A DNA stretch of 20,000 bases from Spirogloea muscicola. Lineage: Eukaryota. The stretch lies in the NCBI GenBank assembly GCA_009602725.1, contig WELB01000001.1, positions 1,677,264 to 1,697,263 on the forward strand, read 5' to 3'. The notes beneath the pieces are model-generated. The model was not told the DNA's origin and did not search any database. It saw only the letters and a program-made list of their open reading frames with translations. Position numbers and translations under genes: made by a program. Shown here one piece after another: positions 1-8,896 of the stretch (position 1 is its first letter; each line of letters starts with the position of its first letter).

Positions 1-393
1 CCCGCGGCCGCGGAGGATTCGCCCGGCGCCCCGTCAGAGCTCGGCGCGTAGCTCCACGGCGATCTCATGTGCGGCTGCGGGGGCCAGCGCAGGCGCCCCC
101 GGTGGCGGCTGCTGGCCAGGATCGCTGGGGCCACAATATGGAAGCCGGAGGGCCGTCCCGAGTCCGTCAGCTTGGCGCCGCTCAGCCAGCGCCGTCGCCG
201 AGAGCCTCAGCTGCGGAGGGCCGCGGGCGCCGCGCCCGCGCAGCCAGGGCCGCCGCCGTCTCCGCCGCGGCAGCTGCAATGCCCCGGCGCCATGGANCGT
301 CGTCACGGAGTCTAACGTAACCGGCTAGTCACCGTTGGCCCCCGGTCCCTGTCGGACGCCGCCGTGGCGCCGAGTCGTGGCAGCGCCAGGTCC

Positions 394-423
394 GACGTGG
401 CGTCCCACGTGGAGTCTACGTGG
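394..423 (+). promoter_or_regulatory. Three ACGTGG (G-box/ABRE-like) motifs upstream of grpE
   Basis: GACGTGG at 394, CACGTGG at 406 and TACGTGG at 417, spaced 11-12 bp apart, about 280 bp before the ATG at 699. Confidence 0.4.
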
Positions 424-698
424 AGGTCTAGAACCCCCTCAAAACCCCCCCACGCTACCGCTCCATGCACCAGCCCGAGCTGCCACACAGCTCCTGGAGA
501 AGCTCGCGGCCCCCTCCCTCCAGCTCGCGCTCTGGGCGCCCACCAGACGCCATCGCCCCGGGGCAAGCCCCTCTGCTCTGCGCTCCAGCTGCCGCTCGCC
601 CACGTCTCGGCGCACCAGCGCGGCTCCACTCGGCTCGCTGCCTCCGCAGTCTCTGAGCCCACGTCGGAGCCGCCGCCGGCGTTGCCACAGTGGTCGCC

Positions 699-2549
699 AT
701 GGCCGCTCCGGGCCGGCTGGCCCGCTCGCTCCTGTGGCGGGGCTGCTGCCGGCTGGCCGCCCCGCTGGCCGAGGCCTCGCCGGCGGCGCCGCAACCGCTT
801 CCGGCCCGCACGTTGCGGCTCACGCCTTCACCACCTTTTTGGCGACCCCAGGTGCAGCTCATTCCCCACGATGTTTTTTCAGTGGCGCAAGCTGCGCCAC
901 GCGCTTTGCATACCACTGTGCTGTGTGATCGCATGTTCGGTCGTGCGTAGCCATTCAAGCACCTGAGATCCTGATCCCATGGGCGTCCGTGGAAGCTGGC
1001 CTGGCTCCGGCACCGCTGACTTGTGTCGCACGCATCCGCGTCGGGGTGCCGAAGGCTGGAACTCGTGCTGCAGCGGCGCTGCCGCTTCTAGACGAGCCGC
1101 TGCGGGGCTGGCGCTCGGCTCTGCACACGGCGGGCTTCTCTACAGAGGGGTCAGCTGGCAGCGGAGCCCCCAAGGAGGGCGGCGCTGGGGCTAGCCCGCA
1201 TGAGCAACGTCCAGTGGAAGGTGCGCACACGACGCCGGACATGGAGCAGGAGAGGGTGGAAGAGGGGGCTGGAGAGGCTGAGGGGGAGGCAGGGCCGCAG
1301 GACGGAAGCGCGGCAGCCCCGCCGCCGAGCTTCACGTTCATGGGCCGCGAGATCTCACAGCAGCTGACTAAGGAGGATCTCATCGTCACGCTAGGCGAAG
1401 CGGACGCGCTCCTCAAGGTGCGCCGTTGCCTTGACAGCAGTACTGCTACCTCTGGAGTCGAGCACTCGTACTGCGCGAGCCAAGCTCGATTGTCTGACTC
1501 TCAGAATGCTCATGTGCTTGCTTAAGCAACGCAGCTGCAGTGCGCACCATGCTCACCCACGGGCCCTGTGCCTGACTGCGTCATAAGCGCCCCGGCCTGC
1601 ATGGTGCAGGTGAAAGACGAGCAGCTCCAGAAGCTCAAGGACACCCTTCTGCGACTGTATGAGGAGATGGAGGACTTGCGCAACCGCACGAAGCGCGAGA
1701 TGGAGCTGACTAAGAAGTATGCTATCCAGGTGTGGAGGTCGGCGCCCTAACGGCTAACCATCTTCTTGTGCGGTCAGCTAGCAGCCTTGTCTCGACAAGG
1801 CATTGGTAATACTGGGTTTAATGTTACCAATGGTGTTACCACCTCACCGTGTGGCTCCAACTCAGGACTTTTCGAAGGCTCTGCTGGACGTTGCTGACAA
1901 CCTGAGCCGGGCTAAGGAGACAGTGCCAGCGGACCAGCTCAAGGATGGGCTGCCACTGGAGGAGGAGCAAAAGTCTGTGAAGCTACTCAAGTCCCTCTAC
2001 CTGGGCGTGGACATGACCGAGAAGCAGCTGCTGCAGGTCGTGCCTTGCCGGCTCAGGCTCGCTGCAGAGGGGTCTTGCCATGTATTGATGGAGTGACGGT
2101 GCTTGCAACTTGGGTTGGCTGCTGATCTGAAGCCCTCTGTGGTCATGGCTGTGGCCCCACCACTTTCAGGTCTTCTTGAGATTTGGCATCTCCCGCTTTG
2201 TGCCGCTTGGCGAGCCCTTTGATCCACACTTGCACAATGCACTATTTGAGATCGACGATCCGACCAAAGTCCCAGGCATGGTTGCCCATGTAATCAAGGT
2301 GCTGCAGACGGGACCCCTTTACAAACTGCTGCGTCGGTGCTGGTTTGTTGAGGTGCAGGCTTTGTTTCTTTACTTGTTGTCTTCTGCGTTGGTGAGAGCT
2401 GCTCAAGCACTCGTATACTCCTTGCATCAAGCCTGGCAAGTTGTCCAGCTCTTACCTTTGCCGGCATTGCATTGCAGCCTGGATACACGCTGGGGGACCG
2501 CGTGCTCCGTGCGGCAGATGTGGGGATCGTCAGGAAGCATGAAAGCTGA
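699..2549 (+). CDS. grpE: GrpE nucleotide exchange factor (Hsp70 co-chaperone), probably mitochondrial; spliced
   Basis: Exons ~951 or 1074-1417, 1610-1729, 1866-2036, 2170-2298 and 2478-2549 join in phase 0 through GT-AG introns. They encode LLRLYEEMEDLRNRTKRE..KYAIQDFSKALLDVADNLSRA, GVDMTEKQL, GEPFDPHLHNALF and GYTLGDRVLRAADVGIV*, all GrpE signature blocks. The Arg/Ala-rich start MAAPGRLARSLLWRG at 699 resembles a mitochondrial presequence. The 5' exon structure is uncertain because of a phase conflict. Confidence 0.93.
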
Positions 2550-3397
2550 GGGGCAGGGTGCTCGATTCCAGTTGGGAAGCCATTTGGGATGCCAGTTGCG
2601 CATCTTTAGAAGGACAGTCAGCTGCCAGCTGCCAACTGGCCTCACAAGTTCACTTCACCAGCTTCTCTGGCTCTTCAGGGGCCATCATTCCTCCTTGTTC
2701 ACCTGAAGGAAAGGGATTACAGCGTAGTCAGAGTTGGTAAAGAAGGTAAGCCGGCAGGCGGAGCAGTATAGTAACATTAGGCAGCACGTGGATGCTGTGA
2801 GGATGACACCCAGTCTGTCAGGCACCCACAGTTTAAGTTTTGACACCCTGCAGGCTCCTCATTCTTTTGAAGTTGTACAGCCGGCTACAACAAGCTCTTG
2901 CATGTTCCTCCATCTAGCTCTGCAGAGGTGTCCACGCTCTTCTGTGTCTGCTTGATGGTACCAGTGCGCATAGGAGTTACGACACCCCAAAGTGCTATGC
3001 ATGATGACGCAACTCCTCTTGCCTGCGCTACTGCCCATGCCACTCTGTTGCAAGCTCCAAGCCGCTGACAGTGGCTGACTTTCGCATCTAGGATTGGTCA
3101 GTGGCAGATGCCGCCCTGAAAGTGGTAGGCGCCAGGTCCATCATTCGGATACAGTTGGAACTATCTCTTGAGATACATGCCATGTTCATTATCACCAGAA
3201 GTCATATTGCGCTCACTGAGTAGTAGAAGGTGCAAATGGACAAGCCTTGCATCGCGCTTATTGAGAAGTAGAATCTGCAGATGAACGAGCTTTGTAGTGG
3301 TGCAATGGTGGCATCCCGGCAAAGCATGCCGCTATTTTTCAATGTTTGAACAGCGTGTCACATCTAAGGGTCGACAGTGTGCTGAGCTACATCTAAG

Positions 3398-6300
3398 TCA
3401 AGCCAATTTGCATTTCTGCCAGATGCAGAAATCCTGCCCTGATGCCGCGACCTCCCACTCAGGACCTGCATAGGCTTGCAGAAGATGAGCTACAGTCTGG
3501 CTTAATCAAAGGCAATGCATGTGCATCCTAGCTTTAAGGACGTTACTCAAGTTCGCATACTTTTAACAGCAGAGGATCTCACAATAGGTGCTTTAAGTGT
3601 ATCAGTATTCTTCTACCTGGTTCTGTTCCACGCATATCAAATGAAGGCCCAATCTTCACAATGACACCCTGAAAGGCATCCTGCTTGTTGACATTGTCTC
3701 CAACTCTAGCAACATAAAGGTCTGGATGACACGTCAATATCTTCACTCCACTTCGTGCATGAAGCTTGTTACGATGCCTGATCTGAACGAGTGGCACAAT
3801 CTCGTCCTGCAAGCAAGCAGAAGGTCTGGGTTAGCAGACAAATAATGTAATGTTGTACAATAAGACATGACAGAAAATACGAACGTTGCATGCCAATAAG
3901 CAGCTGCCTAACAAGTCATGCTATTTTCTGTCATGTTATGCCACAATGTGCCACAAGAGCCATGACTGACCTTCAACTTCCAGTCATACAAGTGATCCCA
4001 AAACACACAGGGGGTGCCTGGGTGCGTGAGAATGTATGCATACCTGCATTACAGATGATTTGTGGTCAGCGAAGCAGCACTGACATGAACAGTGACTTAC
4101 TTCTACAGTATTTTCGAGATTCAATAAATTTAACGGATTTCATAGTTAAGCACAAAGAATGACAAAACCTGGCACAATTGTTTCGAAGTCTACTTGGATG
4201 TGCTAATACAACAGCAGTGTAATTGCAGAGAGTGATGCTATTCAGTACAAGTCCTTGATCTTGTAATGCGACTCTTGCGCAAACAGCAGCACGACAGTGT
4301 GGGGCACCATTTGCTGCTAGTAGTGCATGCTACAGACTGGCAAGACATGCCTCCCACTGACAGCCAAAGGATACCTCAAGAACCTCAACAAATTACCCTC
4401 TCATCACGCCCCATGCAGGGAAGGGCCAATGTTGTGGTACTGATCCAGTGGAGTGGTTGTCAACAAAGGTCACAGCCTGCAGTGGGCCAATGCATAAGTC
4501 CCAGCTGAGAGCAGCTGTATCTCAGACTGGGACCCTGCAGATGTTGAGCTCCTTCCAGGTCTGTCTGGTAGAAGACAGACCTTGCCAGGCCACCACCCTA
4601 TAACACCAGGAGGTCGCCCTTTGGGATCAATCAACCTCCAGTACTCGCAGCGATCCACAGCTTGCTGCAGTATACCCTGGGGCAATACAGATACCTGTCT
4701 GATGTGAGCTCAACATAATCAAAACTCCAATGAGCCCGCTCAAGACCAGCCCTTTCATGCCTTTTTGACACAAGTGCGAGCAGACCTTGGTAGTGTAGTC
4801 AAAAACTGAAGCTGTGCCTCTTGTAGCCTTCACCCAATTGCAAAGTTCCTGCCTATGTTGATCTGCAGGCCAACATTGCAAATCTACATCAGGGTCACAT
4901 CATGTGACTGGAGCTGCTGCTGTAAAGACCTTTCAGATTTCATCTTCTCTCTTCAGTGTCCTCCCACACTTTTGGGTCGGTGACTGATATATCAATCAGT
5001 TAATGTGCTTAAGTTTTTGCAGGTGTGTCAGATCTGACCTTGGTCATACTCTAGTTGGGGACCATTGTACCGCATGTTATTCCACACATCTCCCAAGGCG
5101 TACGCTGGAGAAGTTGCTTGACAATACCTACAGGGGTTGCCACAGATTCCAAAATTCACACAATAACTCAATTTCAGATCCCTGCTTATGAGACGTAATC
5201 AGATTGTGCCATTTAGCTGTTAGACATGGCTGTCGGTGCTTGTCAGCTCTGAGAGCCACAAAGGAAGCCTGCTAAATGCTAACGTCTGTGCAATCTGCCT
5301 CCAATACCAGCGCAGGCAACGGGCTTGGTTGCAATCGGTCTCACATGTACACAGCAATTGGATCAAAGGCCTTGGCCAAATCAAAGCACCATGCCTGCCA
5401 GATTGTGACATTGAGGTTTGTCAGACAAGGGGATCAGCACTTGAGGCTTTCGCTTTTGTAGTGATAGATGCCATTGATGCACAAAATCATGGATGCAGCT
5501 ATATTGCCAACAATGAGGTACTGCTTGCAAGCCCTTACATCAAAACCCACAGTCTTCCTCAGCCACGCGAGCCAGCCGCTAGCATCACTGTGAACGATGG
5601 GATCAGAATGATCTATCACAGTGTGCGTCCCAAAGGCCTCTCCTTGCTTATCCTCCAAGGTCTCAGGCGGCTTGCCACTACCTTGTAAGCAGGATTCCCA
5701 GTCGAAGTTCTGACCAGGCAAATGCAACGGAGAGTCCTCATAAGGCAGGTCAGTATGATTGCACCTTGTAGAGTCCGATGAGAAGAGACTCTCCAAAACG
5801 ATCTGTGTATGTTGAGCTGGTGAAGCTTGGCTTACCTCGTCCCATGTGTGTGCAGCTTGTTTCCATATCAGGTGGTCATCTGGTAGTTGGTTGTTATGTC
5901 TGTTTATAACAAGTTCTACACATGCTCGGACCCGTTGTTTGTGTAACTTGGAAAGGAGGGACCTCAGGTGCTCTTCTGATCCATAAGCAGTATTGAGATC
6001 ATAATATTTGGTTGGTGCAAAACCTGCACATAGCTGTCCTTTGAGAATGACACGAAGTCATGCAATGCATTCTGAGAAGGCAGTAGGCAAGCATGTCCGT
6101 TAGAGGCAAACAAGCAAGACGAGGACCCACCCTGAGTATCCGAGGAGACACAGCATGGGGGAAGGATGAAATCAGTGAAGCCACAAGCAGCCAGATCGTC
6201 CACTGCATCCTCCAGGACCTGAGGACGGGGCGAGCAGATCACATCACATCAGATCACCTGCTTTGAGCAGATGCAAGCCAAGGTGTAAAGCAGCATGGTC

Positions 6301-6710
6301 AAGAGAGCAATCCTGGCACTCACAGCGTAGAAGCTCTTCCCGTGATGGTTGTGTATGCTGGAAGCCCAAGAGAAAGTTTGCAGCAGGCAGACTGTCTCGG
6401 TCATCGTCTCGTCGTCCACTGGCAGATGTGGCTCGGTTGTCCTATGATCCGCAGCCTGCGCAGCGTCTATCGCAGTGCAGTAGCACAAAGAGGACTTCTG
6501 CTGCGGCCTTCCAAGCGGTATAGCTTTAGATGTCGTGGTGGTGGTACTTGTAGATGTGCTTGTCGCAGTGCGTTTGCCCTTACATGACCTCGCTGAACAC
6601 TTGAGCCCGGTTTGGAGGGGCTGAGGCCATGATGCTAGCTGTGTCAGGAAGCTCTGAACTTGACGAGCGCCTGCAGCTGCAGCTGGTGCCATTGGTTTGA
6701 TCGCAGACAT
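3398..6710 (-). CDS. GH13 plant-type alpha-amylase homolog with substituted catalytic residues, ~518 aa, 12 exons, putative plastid transit peptide
   Basis: Exons 6710-6324, 6218-6131, 6023-5836, 5709-5539, 5394-5345, 5127-5039, 4862-4786, 4676-4581, 4476-4397, 4043-3971, 3806-3617 and 3465-3398 are all GT-AG and phase-consistent, with no internal stop. Recognisable plant amylase blocks: [92 protein letters not shown]. Confidence 0.92.
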
Positions 6711-7069
6711 GCTCGCCGCTGCCGATCGTCGCTCATGGCCCGAGCAGGCGAGGCCTTGTCCAGCACAAGGCCGACGCCGGCCGGCGGCGGCAGCGGCGGC
6801 GCGGCGGCAGGCGGGGCGGGCGCGACGGAGTACAAGGATCACCGCTGCGACGTACCGCTGCCACTACACTGAGACCAGTGGGAAGGCCCCTCGGACTGTA
6901 TTCATTTTCCCCCTTAGCCAGCTCAATACCCAGTTAATAGAACATTTGTAAGGCTAGTATTGGCCTCCCTTTCAATTTCAGGCGCACCGCGCGCGCCTTC
7001 TCTTCTCCCTTCTACTTTTCGCCCTGTCTGCCTAGCCTTTGGCTCCGTCATGAACACCTGTATGCATCT

Positions 7070-7741
7070 GGCTGGCAGTTTACAGCCGATTTTTTAATAT
7101 CAGCAGCCGCTTCTCTCTCCCTGGGCTGGCCAATCACAGCCATCGCCCTCTACTGGAAGAGTTCTATCTTCTCCCCGGCTGGCTCTCGGAAACATAGGAA
7201 TAAGTTGGGCAAAGGGGGCAAGAGAAGAAGTGGCTCTCCCAATGGGGCAAAGGGCTGTGACAAGCCAGCCCGAAAAGAACTGACAAAGGTTCGAAGGGGC
7301 CAAATGACGGTGGGGCCTAAAACCCCTGGTTCCCTTGGCCCCCTTATCGAACTTTGTTCGTACTTTTTTGAGCTGGCTTTTCCAGCCCCTATTCTCAATG
7401 GGCGAGCACTATCTCTGAAACGCTACGCAGCAACAAAGGGACCTGAAGATGCTATGTCAGAACGGGGGAGGATGGACCACTCAGTAGTTACGAGTGAGGA
7501 GCCTCGAGTCCGACAGACTAGCTGCTATATGGGCAAGGGCTGTGAACAGCCAGCCGGAAAAAATTGACGAGGACCGAAGGGGCCAAAAAGCGCCGCTTTC
7601 TCAAAGCTTTCCCGGTAGGATGATCACTTAGTAACCTCTAGTGAGGAGCCGCAGATCAGAAAGAGAAGGGCTCGCCCATTGTGGATAGGGGCTGGAAAAA
7701 GCCAGCCCAAAAAAGAATGAACGAAGAACGAGAAGGGCCCA
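7070..7741. repeat. Cluster of diverged direct and inverted ~60-80 bp modules centred on a palindromic GGGCTG-N7/8-CAGCCC motif
   Basis: Core motif copies at 7070-7087, 7123-7141, 7252-7271, 7370-7388, 7537-7555 and 7689-7708. The segment 7335-7415 is a near reverse complement of 7662-7741, and 7245-7303 is similar to 7531-7587. Confidence 0.85.
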
Positions 7742-7808
7742 GGGGAAGCACTAAGATAAACAAGCACAACATGAAACTAAGCAGCTACGAAGCACTCAGT
7801 AACCCCTG

Positions 7809-8208
7809 CTAAGCAGCCTCCAGGTCAGAGATACTGGGTTCCTGGAAGCGGGTCCCCTGGCCAGAGCCAGAGGCAGCAGCAAGGGCTCTTTCGGCACGCA
7901 GGTGCAGCGCGCGGGCCATGGACCTCTGCAGCGAGACGGCCATGCGCATGTGATACACCTGCGCTAGCGACCAGGCTGCATGGAAGTCCACCGCCTCCCC
8001 ATGGAAGCGGCGGACGATGACGTGACGTGAGAGCTGGTTGAGCAGCTCGAGCCACCGAGCGTCCATCGTCCCGTGCTTGTCAATGGCAGGCGGGTAGAAC
8101 TCATCATCCCGCGGGTGCGTACTTGAGCTCCTTGGCCCGAGCGGCGCAGGCTACCGCATACCCAGCCTTGGTGGCCCTCTGGGCTGGATGTGAGCGGTCA
8201 TAGGGGTC
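7809..8208 (-). pseudogene. Frameshifted C-terminal fragment of a restriction-like endonuclease (RLE) domain from a CRE/R2/NeSL-type non-LTR retrotransposon
   Basis: Minus-strand translation: DPYDRSHPAQRATKAGYAVACAARAKELKY, frameshift at ~8118, then HPRDDEFYPPAIDKHGTMDARWLELLNQLSR...RMAVSLQRSMARAL. This matches the RLE tail pattern G.A...A..K..KY...F.P.a.(E/D)..G...L..L...R.(S/A)V.LQR..A recalled from CRE-like elements. Confidence 0.7.
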
Positions 8209-8251
8209 AGAAAGAGGAGCAGCCAGAAAGCAATGGTGGCGGTGGGTGTGA

Positions 8252-8268
8252 AAGAGAGAGAGAGAGAA
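8252..8268 (+). repeat. (GA)n microsatellite at the inner edge of the right inverted repeat
   Basis: AAGAGAGAGAGAGAGAA. Confidence 0.8.
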
Positions 8269-8591
8269 GGCGCGCGGGGCGCATGAATTGAAAGGGAGGC
8301 CAATTCAAGCCAATACATTGTTCAGGCAGAGTCGAGTGCAGACTAAACAATGCTACATAATACGGAGACCTAATCTAAGGTACCTAAGTTGACATTAGTA
8401 CCCACGGGTGAGCACAAACAAATCTGACAAGCTAACTTGGGGAGCTGGAGCGCCGCCACGAAAGCCGGAGGCCTGACTTAGAGCGCGCCCTGCACGTTGA
8501 TGAAGAGCCAATGCTTGCGAGCGCAAATTGAGAGAAAGCGAACCTGGGACACCGTCGCCACGAGAAAGCCAGCTACCGTCTAGCTGTGTGG

Positions 8592-8710
8592 TTTTGGCGC
8601 CTTTCGGCCCTTTGGACCTTGTTCGCTCTCCCGCATTCATGCGCACCGCGCGCCTTGTCTCCCTGGCCTGGGCTGGCTTTTCACAGGCCCCCCGCCCCAC
8701 ATGGCCTCCC
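8592..8710. repeat. Additional partial copy of the inverted-repeat core and palindromic module
   Basis: ATTCATGCGCACCGCGCGCCTTGTCTCCCT (~8635-8664) matches the inverted-repeat core. GGGCTGGCTTTTCACAGGCCC (8670-8690) matches the internal module. TGGCCTCCC occurs at 8702. Confidence 0.7.
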
Positions 8711-8853
8711 CATTTCTTAATACACACGTTTTCCCTTGTGGGAGTGCTCACTGCTTTCTGTCTAGGTGAACTCCCGTCTGCGATCCATAGCGGCTGGCTG
8801 GACCGACCTCCACTGCAGTGGCGGCCGGGCCGCCTGCGCCGGCCGCGGCCTCC

Positions 8854-8896
8854 CCGTCGCCGCCGCCGCCGCCGCCGCCGCCGTCGCCGCGCCGCG
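8854..8896 (+). repeat. (GCC)n trinucleotide repeat immediately upstream of the COG8 start codon
   Basis: About 13 imperfect CCG/GCC units end just before the ATG at 8897. Confidence 0.85.

Larger units (their letters stand above)
6940..8323. mobile_element. Putative non-autonomous element bounded by ~65-bp imperfect terminal inverted repeats
   Basis: Left end GAACATTTGTAAGGCTAGTATTGGCCTCCCTTTCAATTTCAGGCGCACCGCGCGCGCCTTCTC (from 6940) aligns with the reverse complement of the right end, GAACAATGTATTGGCTTGAATTGGCCTCCCTTTCAATTCATGCGCCCCGCGCGCCTTCTC (from 8323). No transposase ORF inside and no clear target-site duplication. Confidence 0.7.

Noticed and set aside
1..306. 5' end of a divergent minus-strand gene
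   Set aside because: The sequence is GC-rich, but the ATG at 293 reaches a stop after 28 codons, an N lies at 297, and no domain is recognisable.
312..966. Several overlapping 160-200 aa ORFs
   Set aside because: These are expected from stop-codon scarcity in very GC-rich promoter and first-exon sequence, and show no recognisable domains.
5340..5345. In-frame TGA suggesting the amylase is a pseudogene
   Set aside because: The TGA lies inside the donor AT|GTGAGA; splicing to 5127 restores the frame and the homology.
7443..7463. Hammerhead ribozyme core (CTGAAGA...GAAC)
   Set aside because: The second core reads GAAC rather than GAAA, stem II is at most 2-3 bp, and stems I and III are not evident.
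7070..7741. CRISPR-like array of palindromic repeats
   Set aside because: Spacing is irregular, orientation is mixed, the intervening sequences resemble each other, there are no cas genes, and the context is eukaryotic.
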